In this document: positions 39,101 to 52,821 of the stretch, in pieces
How positions within the stretch are numbered: the stretch's first letter is position 1
Layout: the number at the start of each line of letters is the position of its first letter
Assembly (NCBI GenBank): GCA_051362555.1
Contig: CM120644.1
Coordinates: 22,590,534-22,654,533, forward strand
DNA from: Lingula anatina
Lineage: Eukaryota > Animalia > Brachiopoda
Direction: 5' to 3'
Length of the DNA stretch: 64,000 nucleotides
The notes under the pieces: generated by a model
What the model saw: only the letters and a program-made list of their open reading frames with translations
What the model was told of the DNA's origin: nothing
Databases searched by the model: none
Position numbers and translations under genes: made by a program

Positions 39101-42100
39101 TGATCTTAATTAATGAAGTCCCGCAATTTTCACAAGTAATAATTTCCTTTTTAACAATAGGCATCATTATATTTCTCTCAAGACTTCAGTTAAAACATGT
39201 TTTTCACCTATGAAACAGCAAGTTTTGACCCTTCAACAAAGGACCCAAAATGACTGCCTCATACAATAAAAATGCTTCTTTAGAAAGGATTTATTATTTT
39301 CCACTACTACACAAGAAATGATAAAAAAGCCCTTTCTCTGTTATCAATTAGTTATTGTCAGTCTTTATAAAAGAACTTTTTATCAGCCCATTCTCTCTCC
39401 GTGTCTCCTACACTGGGATTATATATATGTGGCTTTACACAAAGTACGTAATGACCTAAAGAGTGGCGAGAATATTTGCACTAAAATTGAGGAACAGAAA
39501 CCACAGAAGATGGATTACAGTGACCTATTCCTACAACAGCAAAAATGTTATCATTTCACGTTTTTAGCTGGGAGCTCAAATCGGAAATAATACAAAGTTG
39601 CTGACTCTAGAACTCAACAGCCACTACAGGTTATATGATATGGCTTTATTCAAAGGCTGTGATTATACAAAGGTTAAGAAGGCAAAATATTCTCTTAGTT
39701 AATGGCAATAAGTGTCCATTAATTTCGCCAAATGTACATTAGCCAAATAGACTGCAAAATAAACCCCAGAGGGAAAGTTTAGTCGACTAACTATTACCAT
39801 CAGTCCCATATATCACCCAATGCAGTGAAAACATTATCGGTTCTTGGGCTAAAGTCTACCAGCTTAGACAAGCACTGGCTCACATTACAGATATATCAAT
39901 TGTCAATTATCAAAAGCTTATTTCTGAAGTCAATATAAAAATATGACAATTATGTCAATACAAAACTACAATGAAGGCGCTGACAGCAAATGCATACTGC
40001 GTGCATGTAATATTCCCATCAACTCAACGTATTGTGGAGTAATTTTCAGTTTAAGTTCTAAATCATGTCTATTCTGACATTTAAAAAAACAGCATTGCCT
40101 CAGTAAATGTCAGCACTATTTATCCATAAGCACCAAACTCTCCAACAAAAATGAAATATTAATTTCACAACCCTTGTATTCAAAAACCACGATGCCCATG
40201 AATGCAAAGTGTCATTCCAAACAGCAAAGAATTCAAAGTGCAATGGCCCAATGAAAGCTTAATTTTGTTCAAATATTTTGGACAATTACCATACATTCAG
40301 TATTGATGTCTGAATTTTCAGCTACCTGACTCAGATATCGATATATAAGTAGTTAATTACATTCTATGTACACACACAAACTGTTCTGAAAGCGCTTTTC
40401 TTCTCCAAGTTAGAAAAGTCAAATAAGTGGTATGTAATGCAAACCTCAGCCAAATTCTTTATTTTGAAAGGACCTTTTTTCCTGTCTTATAACTCGATAG
40501 CTTGATGAATACATTTCTTCAGTATCAGATCAGATTGATACTGTCTCCAAGCTGCTGAATTTCTTTATTTGTGAAATATCTTTTTAATGGAAACTTTGGA
40601 TTGGAAAAAAAGATATTTATGGGTTTTACAAAGAGATTCCAAACATCTATAGTCTAGGCGTCTAGGTCTAGAAATCTGGGGGTGGGGTGGTTTCTGGGTC
40701 TTGCTGAAATGTCTGGTCCATTTTTAATCACCTGAATGTGTCAGTGCTCTCCATATAGTAAAAGAAGCAATTCAAGGTTTGTGTTGTTTTTTAACCAGAG
40801 CTTTGTCTTGTAATCATTGACTTCTTCGTCAAAACAAATGCAAACTTATTTGAGCCATTTATACTTATAATTATCACTAAATATTAACATCTTGGTTTGT
40901 GTCAGAAAAATATCACTACACGTTAACAGCAACATATCTAAGGCAAAAACCACAAATTATTTGATATAGAACTGTTTTCTTGGTGGCTTAACAGTCTAAT
41001 GAATTTCCTCTCTCGCCTTTTTCACTTCTGGAATATTTATTGACCCTCCTGACTCTCAGAGGCTAGATACCTAACCTGTCATAACCCCAGACAGTCACAT
41101 TCCAGGATAATCTTTTCAAACAAAATCCCCCTGTTCAGTTTTCTTTCTACTAAACCTCAGATACAACTAAAAGTCACCTAATCTTAAAAATGTCCTTTTT
41201 CGATACAACCTCTCCAGTTACCTACAGATTAATATTATAACCAGCCAGGTATGTGTTAAATTGACCATGTCTGCCCCCCCCCCCCCCCAGGTGTTCTCAA
41301 AGCTGTCATATAACACCTGTAGCAAAGCATACACTTGATTCAGAAGACAATGCCTATTATTAGGAGCGCATTCAGAACAACAAACTAACAGATACACCCT
41401 TCAAGATAGCAACCCACAAAAAAGCTTTCAGCTTAATTCAGGATCGGACATTATGTAGATTTCCTGTGGGGATTACACAACACGCATTTTAGTGGGTCGA
41501 CCATATTTGATCCTAGGATCTGTTAGTCCCCTTTTCTGAATGTGCTCTTAGTCTATCTAAAGACGGATGGTGAACTCCGCCTGGAAGCCACACTGTACAA
41601 GGTTATAGTGTTATTCACCTTTGTTTAAACAAGTCTTCATCTCACGGATGAATCACGTCACAAGACAATAAGATCTAGTCACCTAGGGTTGACCTACCAG
41701 AAGTGATGTGGCGTTTCATTATTACCAACAAGAAACGGGGTTCTGGGGGCTTAAATATAACATGTCCAGAGGACTTTCATCCTTCAATCTACCTGCTATG
41801 ATCAGCCAAGTGTGACCTGTCTGTGAAGTTAATGTGCTTAACCCGTGTTTTCTGTGACATAAAATATACTTGTCCTTTGACATCAATCAAATCATGGATG
41901 ACTGGGCCTGAAAAGGGCAGAACTACAGGGAATACAACAGGAGAGCCACAGGGTAGAGATCACAGAGGACGGGAATAGGTGCTTGGCACAGAATGGTTGC
42001 CTAGATGGAGACAGTTGTAAATTTCACAGTGACAATAATTATGACCAGTTGTAAACAATCTAACAATCTGATCCTTCAATTAATTTTTGTTTTTTGATGT

Positions 42101-45100
42101 ATGGCAGTGGTTTATATTTACTGGTATTCAAAAAGTTTATTTTCAAGCTTATTTAATTTTTTTTTCAAATATTGTCAAACTTTCAGAAGAAACTTATTCC
42201 TGTAATACTTCCGATAATTATCATCAAGCAACAATCATCCACTTTTACTTCACCAAACACAAAACTAACAATTCAGGGGTACAAATAATGGTGTTTCCAA
42301 TTATAACTTCTATCTATCAAATACAGCAATGCACTTCTAATTGCCTTTCATTGTAGTACAGCGTGATGTCAATTTTGTTTTAGTCCATAAAAAGATCATC
42401 ATTTAGAAATTCAAAGGTAAAACAGCAGTTTTCATTTCCTGCAAGTAATGAAGCATACTTCACAAGTTGTAATGGATAGATATTCAAACAGTGGAGGATG
42501 ATTCACATTCTGTTTGTTGACACAGCCAGCAATACGATAATTACTTTATAAATCAAACAATATGAATTAATGACTGTCTGTAAAAATCTTTTGTTAGCAA
42601 AATGTTTGAATAAGCATTTTTATAGTGCTGATAATGAAATATTTTTAGGGGAAATCACTAATTCATATTGTTCAAATTAAATGAGTATTTACTATCATTC
42701 AGGTTTTTTTTTTCACAGCTAGCTAAAGGTTTATGTCCTTAAAGAGCCAGTGTATTAAACATAACTCTATAGCTTTCATTAGAACTTTGACAGAACTTAT
42801 CAGTGCCTGATTACATATAAACCACTATCATCTGCTGAAAAAATTAATTTAAAAGAAGCCTGCAACAGAGAAAGTCTAGACCAAACCGACTGGTATACCT
42901 CATAAATGACAAAAGACTAAAAAGTATTTCATATTTTTCTATCTTGCTTAGCTAAAATAAATCATATTTATCTACTGAAGAAAAAAAGCCTCAGAGCAAG
43001 ACTATACTAAATTGGCGACAGCTAGTAACCAACAGAAATGCCAGTTTTTTTATCCTACGCTGCTACAATAAATCACTAAACTATTAATCTACTAAAAAAT
43101 ACAAAACCCTAGCTCTCTGGCACAGTTTATGTTTATCCTCCTCCTCCTCTCTCTCCCCTAACTCTCTCTTCCTTCCTCCTTCTTTCTCTCTCTCCTTTTC
43201 TCACTCTCTCTCTCTCATAAATGAACACCTCAGACAAGCTGACATAAATCACTAAACTATTAATCTACTAAAAAATACAAAACCCTAGCTCTCTGGCACC
43301 AAGTCTCCAGTCAAGTGTCGGCTTCGGCTTTATCTCACAGGTGAGTCATTCCTGTCAGCTTACCTTTGAGATCACCTGAGTGTTACCCTCTAGGAAGTGT
43401 TTGTGTTGGATCTTAGGAGACAGCAGTTTCCTGAAAAGACAAGATAATTTAATGGTAAGAACATGAGTAGTGATGGCCCAGCTGGGAGGTGGGGTGGCGT
43501 GGTGTCTGATGAAATATTCTGTGTTGTAACTTTAGATTAATGTATATATTACTGTAAACTGTAATTTTTTCCTGGATTTTGGTCTTAATTGTGTCATTTA
43601 CATAGAACCATTCAATCAGAACCAAATTGTATATATTAGTGAGAAAGCTGGGTGATCTTTTTGGCAAGGAAAAAAGTTCACTCTGAATAAAATATGGACT
43701 AGGTTCTTTGCCATTTCTAAACTGAAAATGCTGACTTCAGGCCAGTTTATGTTTATCCTCCTCCTCCTCTCTCTCCCCTAACTCTCTCTTCCTTCCTCCT
43801 ACTTTCTCTCTCTCCTTTTCTCACTCTCTCTCTTTCATAAATGAACACCTCAGACAAGCTGACATAAAGGTTTAGCAACAAACACTAGAAATGGGGCATG
43901 ATGTCAGATATCACAAACCAAATAACGATTTTTCTCATAATCATTTTATGTGACAGCTAAATTAATTCACAGTGGCTACACATGATACGCTCAGACATTA
44001 GAACATAGAACTCTCAGGCTGTCCACTGTAGATAACAGACATGAACCTAGGTTTTAAAAATATTTGAAAAATAATTATAATAATAACATTTATCATGGGA
44101 CCCAACACCTAACCTTGACAAATCTCGCGGACCACCAGAATTGAATTAAAAAATGCAGAATTCTGCTTTTTCACAAAAAAAGCTCATATATGAGATAAAT
44201 ATCTACTAGTACTCACTGGTTCAGCTGGAGTTGTAGTTTGTGTCGGTGTCCTCCCAAACTGACTGTATAGACCACATACTGGTAGTGCTCCTATGGGAAT
44301 GAAAAATAACATTGTTAATACACATTTATTGTATTTTTTATTTACCTTATATTTGCATGATCATACTGATGATAAAAAAGCAACCTTAATTTTTGGTGAC
44401 ACTAAAGAAGTTTTTTTTTTTTTTTTACGTTAGAGGTATAACTTTCTGATCTTTGACCAAAGAGCCTTGTTCACATGAGCAATTTGTTAATGTGAGTTAT
44501 GGGAGTCTGTCTTTTCAGGTAGAAAAACAAGGCCTTTTACTATTTACTTTTAATCATCATTTCATGAGAAACAAAGAGCAACTTATTACAATGTATTTGC
44601 AAATTGTATTATTGTTATTGTAAATATACTTTGAGCGCTGCTGTTTTGTCTTTAAATATAAGGAATAAATTGAAACAGAATCACACAAAAGGCTTTCATC
44701 TCAGATATCACACATTATAGATTTTGGGCTCTCTTTGAACTTACAAAAATATTTTTAAAAATCTGGAAAATAAACTAGTTTAGCCATTGAACAGTTTAGT
44801 ACAGAGACAACATGACTCACCCCGCCAGTAAACTAAGTGGACCTTCAGGACTAAATTTTCTCAATGGGAATATCACCATTACTTTGTGAAATTGCCAATA
44901 CATGTTGACTCCAGTAATAAGACAATACATTTGAGAGAAAGAAGCAAGGGAAGGGCAGATGAAACAACATCTGATCCTTTCATGGTGATATTCAAACGTT
45001 AACAGTAGACTCCCACAGGAGGTATCTCTAAGGGAATTATTTTATGTTTAAAGTGAACGAAACAAAATCAATGAGCATGTATTTTATTCAGGGTCCTGAG

Positions 45101-48100
45101 GGGACAATATTCTTTTTCTCTTTACCTTTAATCATTTACAGCAAAATAACAATAAATAAATAAATAAAAATAAGTAAAATAAAAAATAAAATGTAAATAA
45201 ATAATTAAATAAATAAGTAAATAAATCACACATCAAACATTACAGAGTGATAATTTAGTTGTGTGAAAATATTTTCAAAGTTGATCAATAACATCGCATC
45301 CAGTTCTAGATTTTCACTCTCCACGTTACTCTAGAACAAATATACATCACGCTACTCACACACGGCAATTGTCAAACCAGTTAGTGAATCATCAAAAGTA
45401 CGACGTTATTAGCTAGGACTTTTAGCGATCAGCGTCACGGAGGGAAATAAATGCTGGCGACAATGTTGGCATTTTCTATTACCTGGAGCTAATGGCCAGG
45501 TAATCACCTCGGTGTGAGTCATCACCGTGGAACAAGAATTACCAGGAAATCCAGGAAACTCGGTGTAAGACCAAGCCTCTGAGACTAACATATGGATAAT
45601 ATTACTCCATTCGTAAATGGCATAAAATAAATTAAACAACATGGTCACTCTTCATTAGTTTGGTTCTCTTTCTTTATAGTTAAAAATCTTATAAAAATTG
45701 AGGAAATATTACAAACTGAAATCAACAAAATGTTATATCTTTCAATGTTCCAAAAGTAACTAATTTACCAATAACAAATTTACAAACATATAAATTCTGC
45801 AAAAAAAAAAAAAAAAAAAAAACGAAAAGTAGCCACACTTCATTGGTTTCAACCTGTCTGACTGCCCTTTTATTCTCTAGAAAAAAAAATCACTGCAATA
45901 TTTATAACATCATTCACTTCATCAGAAACAAGTGGGTTAATATTTCCATATGCATATCTCCCTCCCTTTCAGTGACACATGACTGAATTCATTGAATTTA
46001 AATATAGATGTTTGTATGATTCTGATGTCTAATCCTTACTAAACATTTTTTTAAACCCGAGAAAACCATTCAATTCCAATCCATCTCCCATAAGAACTTA
46101 ATCTGCCTCATGCTCCAATATCCAGCCTTTCAATACGGCAGACACGCTTCAACGACTTCTTTGTGTTTTGTCTCTTGTCTTCCGTAAAAAGCTGATTTTC
46201 TCTGAGAGAATTTTCATGTTTTTTTTTCATATTTCATCCCACTTATTGATTGGTGTTAATATAATAAGCAGTGTCAAAGGGCTGTCATTTTACACTGATT
46301 GTTCACCGTGTGTAGAAAATACCACAGTGAGTCATCACAAGGTACAAATGAGGACATATATATTATATTGAAAAAACTTTCAATGGCTTTTTTCCCACTG
46401 ACTTTTTCTTTCATTGTTTGCAATTGGCAGCATTGGTTCAGGTGATTAAAAAAAAAAAAAAAAAAAACACACCTTTAGCAAATAGCAAGCTAGAATTTCA
46501 CAATGTTCTGAAACATACCACCTTTGAGTACTAGACCTTAGTATTATAATGCTTAGGCAAGCTTGCAGAGTCACAGGATCATCAGGTGAATTTTGTAAAA
46601 ACTGATAACATCCTGAAAATGTACTAGTAGCTGGGGGAGGTAATGCCCCAACTGGGTCCAGGGCAATGAATGAAGACTGAAATTTGGAAAATCCAGAAAG
46701 CTTTTACATTGAATGCAGTGAAAATACAAGCTTTAAAAGTTCAACATAATTTTTGGTTAGTAATAATATCATATAAAATCAGTTATCTCTGGTAACAGTT
46801 GGGTGTGGGTGGGCATCCCAGTATTTGTACCCGATTCTATTCAGCTGTGAGGATAAGTGACATTAGAGTAAAGTGTCTACAGCCACAGGGGGTAGAAACA
46901 CATGCAATAATAATATCATGGCAGGAGGGGGGGTTGGGCTGTTATTGATCTCTTATCCTAGTCAAAATTTTGTCTCAGAATTTCTTTTAAAATGTGCACA
47001 AAAAAAGAAAGAAATACATGTCGCACAATCCAATACCTTAAATCTACGTCCTTTGTCATCTCTCGTAGATATTCCAATTCTTTTCTTGTGTCGAATTTGT
47101 TCTGGGAAGACGATCTCGTACACAGCTGGGAGGTTCTGTACTATTAAAGGTGGCGCTGCACCCACAGTGGTGCTCTCAGTGGTGGTGGTGGTGTCTTTTG
47201 GTGGTGCCTCGGCACCACTGGTGTCTACTTCGGGTGGTGCCTTTGTGACAGTGCTGTCGGAGGTGGTTGCAGTGGTGCCACTAATGGTGCTATTAGAAAT
47301 GATGGCCATTTCCTTGGGTGGTGGGTCTATGGAAAATGTGGTGCTGGTGGTGGTGACAATGGTGTCAGAGTCAGTGGTGCTGTCATCACTGGCGCCATCT
47401 ATCTCTGTGTGTGCAGGAGAGGAGGGAAATGTGGTGTTGACTGTGGGAGTGAGGAAGACGACTGGAAGACAGAAGAGATTTGTAAATAGTTTGTAAAATG
47501 AAAAATAATTTATGGATTATAAAATTATGCAATCACTTCAAGAATAAAATTAAAGAAATACATCTTTATTTGTCAGAGTAAGTTGAAAACCTTCCAAATA
47601 GAAGACTAGGATGAATCAAACAAACCCAACATTTTCCAGTCTGTCAAAGTGTTAACACAAACAGCCACAAATTCACAAGTTTATATAAAACAATATATGA
47701 CCAGAAACCCGTTATAAATTTTGTTTTCACCCAGTCAAGTAGAACCCTTGGTGCTATCATGTTCAATCAGAGTCAGAGACAAAGCAGTGCACCAGATGTT
47801 CAACACAGCCTGCCACACGACGCGCGCACGCATGACCTCTTGCTGGGTTAGAAACACTACACTGTACATTTTAATTATCCTCATCAATGAAAGTCCAGAT
47901 TGTATTACTAATTATACAATATGGGACTTTAAGCATGGAAGATGGAGAATGTTTGATTACAACTCTTTCTCTCTTTTTGTCTGCTTGAGAGAAAGAGAGA
48001 GAGAGAGAGAAAGAGAGAACATTATATCAAATAACTAATTACTAGAAGAAATTGATGTGTTCTAATTAAACCAGGCTTTACAAAAACAGTTTCACAGGCA

Positions 48101-48789
48101 GGTGCATGTGCATGTGCAGACAAGCATTTGTGTGCGAGATATGCAGTAATTTTCAATAACAGCTACAATAATCATCACCATGTTTTATTTATACAAAAAA
48201 ATTAAAAGAAAAAAAAAGGATTTATTATATATTTCTTATAACTTCTTTCCAACTACAGTAGCTGAAAATTTCACCAAAAGTTTTGAAGAACTTGTTGAGA
48301 TCTATTTATAGGAACTATCGGCAAACCAATGCCAATAAAACCACCACCTATTTCACTGACAGAGGTAAAAAAACAGCTTCATTTTTTACCCCGTCATTCC
48401 AGCCAGACAGCCTCCCTTATCTTTCCTCAATAATGCCTCCAAGTTTGCACAAACCACATAAACCTAAGCAATTGTTTGATAAACCATTGCCTCTGGGTTG
48501 ACATTAGCTGATAGCAGAGAAATAGAGCAAACATTTTACTGAGCTCAAAATCTTCATTATTGCCATTTGAAGTAGTTTCTCTCCCAGGCAAAAAATGATG
48601 GAGGTATTTAGATATATTGGTATCAAACCCCGCTCCATTGGCATGTTACTATGTATGAAACATTCAGAGATAACTTATGTGGCAAACTTAGCCTTGATTA
48701 CAATTACTTGGCAAACAGGTGCTGGTCTGATTGCTTGGCTACATGCCATGTACCCACTTTATCAATTCAACAGAAAATTGCCCCCCCCC

Positions 48790-48830
<41 letters not shown>

Positions 48831-51800
48831 GAGAAGGTATTTCACTTTCTACTCTCTGTGTTCCTATGTGACTTATGCCTTGGAGTTTAAATAATATATC
48901 CTTTTTTACATGGTTCCAAAATATTAAAGGCTTAAATCGATCAATCAATCAATAAATGCTTGTAAATAAAAATAATATATCAATATTGCACATACAGACT
49001 AATATGAATCTTTATATAGGGCTAAAGTAGACAAGAATTTTGGTCACAAAACCAGACCAATTTTGAATTTTTTCAGGGTAGTTCTTAGTACTTTTATTTG
49101 TGGACTGGAAGGCTCTAAGGCCAATGAACTGCAGTCCTCTCTGACATTTCCAAATTGACAGGTGCTTGGAAAATTCTACAGTTAGAAAAGAAAACAAATT
49201 GCCCGTGTCTCCTCACAGCAGGTCTATCTTTACTTTCACTTTAGCTAATAAATTGATAGATTGATCTGTCCCTTATTTCAGTGTGAGTTGGTTTCTAACT
49301 TTATGCTTGCCTCCAATTTAAAATGACTGGGTTCAATACTGAATAACTTATTTTGGCTGAAAATATATTTATGATATTTTCACAATTTACCTCTTATCTG
49401 AATTCATCTGCCACCTCAAGCCCCCCCCCCCCCCCCACCCACCTCTCCTCAGAAAAGATTTTACTACTAGTATATATATATATTCATAACAGATGTCTTA
49501 CTATTACTGCCTTGTTTAACAGGACATCAATTAAACAATAGTGCTTCATAAAATTGTGTCCCAGGGACCATTCAGAATAGTTGATCCCAGTACTAACTGA
49601 TCCCCTGGCTAAATATGGCCGACCCCACTTCAAAAGCGATGCTGCTGATTCCAAAATGGTCTCCACAAGCACCATAAAATGGATTAAATCTCAGCTCCCC
49701 GAGTTTAATTGCTAGGCCCCTACATTGATGGCACGTGTGGAGGCAGGGTGACCATCAGGGAATTAGTGACATTACTTTTGCGTTGACTGGCCATATTTGG
49801 TCCATGGATCTGTTAGTACGCGGATCAACTTGCTCTGAATGTGCTCTTACATTTAGACCCCATTCCCACAGATTTTAGATTGATCTATCCCCGTGGGGAG
49901 TCTCACTAGATTACTGTCAGCTTAGCCGGCTAACCCGTCTGTCCCGCCTACTAAAAGCTGTAAGGGGGTTATTAACTACCGTGCGCGGCCGGCTAACAGC
50001 AATTTACCTTGAACCCCCAGCGAGTTAGGTCGATCTAGTAGGATCGATCTAAATCTCTGGGAATGCGCTCTTAGTCCGCAGATCAACTTGTTCTAAATGT
50101 GCTCTTACATTTATACCAGGCTTCCTACTGGCTTGATTAACAGGAAACCAACAAAACAATAGAGCTTCAGAAAATCCTATCTCAGTCTCACATTTTAATC
50201 CCCTCTTAAACAGTTCTTCCTGCCGCCCCAATAAGAACACCACGTTATTCATAAATTTCCCAGCAACAGCATGAAGAGCATAAACAACACCATTGACAGT
50301 TACAAATCAAAACTCTGCTCTGGAGGCTGATTTATACTCTCTTAACTCAGCATGAAATCACAACTATTTCAATCTTATCCTTATTTATTTGGTATTTCAC
50401 CACAGGTACACTGAGCTGGTGGCTCTTACTTGTTTGGACATGGAGTCAGAATGTATAAAATGGTGATATTCTGAATATTCTGAACAGATAATGTTGTTTC
50501 TTTTACCAGCACTAAATATTCCTAGTATACATGTCTAAAATTTGGTAAATTCAATCAGCATGTTTTAGAATTTGTAATAAATGATTTTTCAGGGTATGTT
50601 TTTGAATATTATATTTGATGAAAAAATTATAAATTACAGACTTCTGTGCATACAGTTTTTTCCTAAGCTATCAAAAGGAAGTTTGGCCAGTAAAACTAAA
50701 TTCTCTAAGTATGCTGATGATACTGAGAACTGTTTCTCTCTATCACTCTGTCAGGTTCTAAGACCCTAACTTAGTTGCTTGAAGGGCCGTTCTAAGACCC
50801 TAGTAGTAGCTTGAAGGGCTCTTGGACGGCTTTTAATTTTCTGACATCGACTTCTGTGCATAAGTCTTTTTTTCCTAAGCTATAGAAAACATGTTAGTTG
50901 CTCCACGTAAGCTGGTACTTACAAGATCACACCACTGTATTGTGCCTGTGACGACCTCAATAGCAGAGATTCTTACCTGTGCTTATTACCTGAGCGAGAT
51001 AATCAAACTGTTGATACGTGACTGGAGATTGTCTTCAACTGTGAAAAACTACTCTCTTGGCTAAATATACACAGAGTTGTATAAATAGAATAATTTGTCA
51101 TTTTGCAACATGTGTCTATGTCCTTAAAAACTGAAACGGTTTATTTTTATTTTTTACCAATTTAAGACTTACTGATTCAGAAATAGTATTTATTTGATGG
51201 ACTGACCCCAGCCTTGTTTGTTTCAGTTTGAATGGATAACTTCCATTTTTCTAATGGGGCATAAAATGTAATAAAAGATGGCATCACAAAAATCATATAT
51301 ATCCATTCTGCAAAGGTAAATCAACACACAAAAACATCAGCTGTGGAGAAAAAAATCACCAGGGAAGGAATATATAATGGTCATGACACAGCGGGAACAT
51401 TAATTCATCCCACCTTACTCAAGTCTCATTTCATTCCTGGATTTATCATAAATAAATAAATAACATAATATAATATATAACCCTCATAGCTCAATTTCTC
51501 TCCTCTGTCTTGGCTAGGAGGGAGCTAGAAGACAGTGCAGCTCCTGACCGGAAATTGAGTATTAGTAATAGTAACTTGGCTAAAACAATTGCCTTTAGTA
51601 AGTTGGAAGTAGGTATAGTCATACATCTTATAATTGGTTTATAGCATACTCATTACATTTGACATTAAAATTTTATTGTCATTTTCATTGATATATTTTA
51701 TGATGAATAGAATGTGTGTGTGAAACTATAATATATATAAATGTATACTAGTAATGGGCCCAAGCTTCTTCCTCATCATCTAAACCCTAAACACAGTTTC

Positions 51801-52790
51801 ACTGCAGTTGAAACCAGTCCTATTGTTAGCCGTAATACCCAGCCAGAAGTGTACATTTCACAATGATGCGACTTCCTCAATAGTTCCGTTTTTTATCGCC
51901 AGTCACCCAGGACGCGTAGCTGATAAATGGGGTAAATTGGAGGAGCAGGTCGTTTGCTTTGAAGTGGGAGGATTTGTGTGAAAACCCAGCCAAGCAGTTA
52001 ACTGTACAGGTTGTTAGACTGCTGTGAAAACCCACCTGAGAACCACTGAAGAGTTAACTACCAAAAGCAGGTTACAACCAAACCATTTATGACTGAAGTT
52101 TTTTTTTCCCCTTTATTTTCAGACTGGAGATGCTGGTGGATGTCTCTTTTTGAAAAATCCATATTGAGCTTTTAAAATAGAGCATTTATTGCTCTAAACC
52201 ATTAGTGAACTATTTATTACTGCACAATCAGCTAAACTCATTCTCACTCAATTCAAACGTCACTGATCTATACTGGGTTAACACTGACAAATAATTTTAG
52301 CTAAAATTTTAAACAAACATTCCTTCTGCAAAAGGGGGGGGGGGGGGGGGGGGCACCCAGGCAAGGCTAATAGTACATAAATTATCTTGTTCTTCTAAAG
52401 GGTGAGAAAAAAAACAACTTTTTACTTCTTCAATTTTTCATACAGACACACTGAAAGTCCAGCCAATTTTAAAACTGGCAAGATGAAAAACAAACCGAGA
52501 GAAAATAAAATCAGACATTTAAAACTGTCTCTTGCCTTTTAAAAGTTTCAAACCAAGTTATATTTTGCAGTTGGCAAAATGTACGTGCCTGGGTAACACT
52601 ATCCACGCTACACGTTACCTCTATAAAGGTTGGTAGTAAATGGGAGATTGTGAAGGCTACAGGTTATCAGTTTTGGAAGTCAGACAATTTGCATGTAAGC
52701 CCAGTGGAGCAGTAAATTATGTAACTTGTTTGAGAGCTGTAAAAAAAATGGTGGAGTGTAGACTTATCTGCAGACTGGGAGGATGTGTGT

Positions 52791-52821
<31 letters not shown>

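Noticed and set aside
46873-47496. 207-aa plus-strand Val-rich ORF
   Set aside because: Antisense shadow of the Thr-rich ADAM exon 2 (ACC codons read as GGT/GTG).
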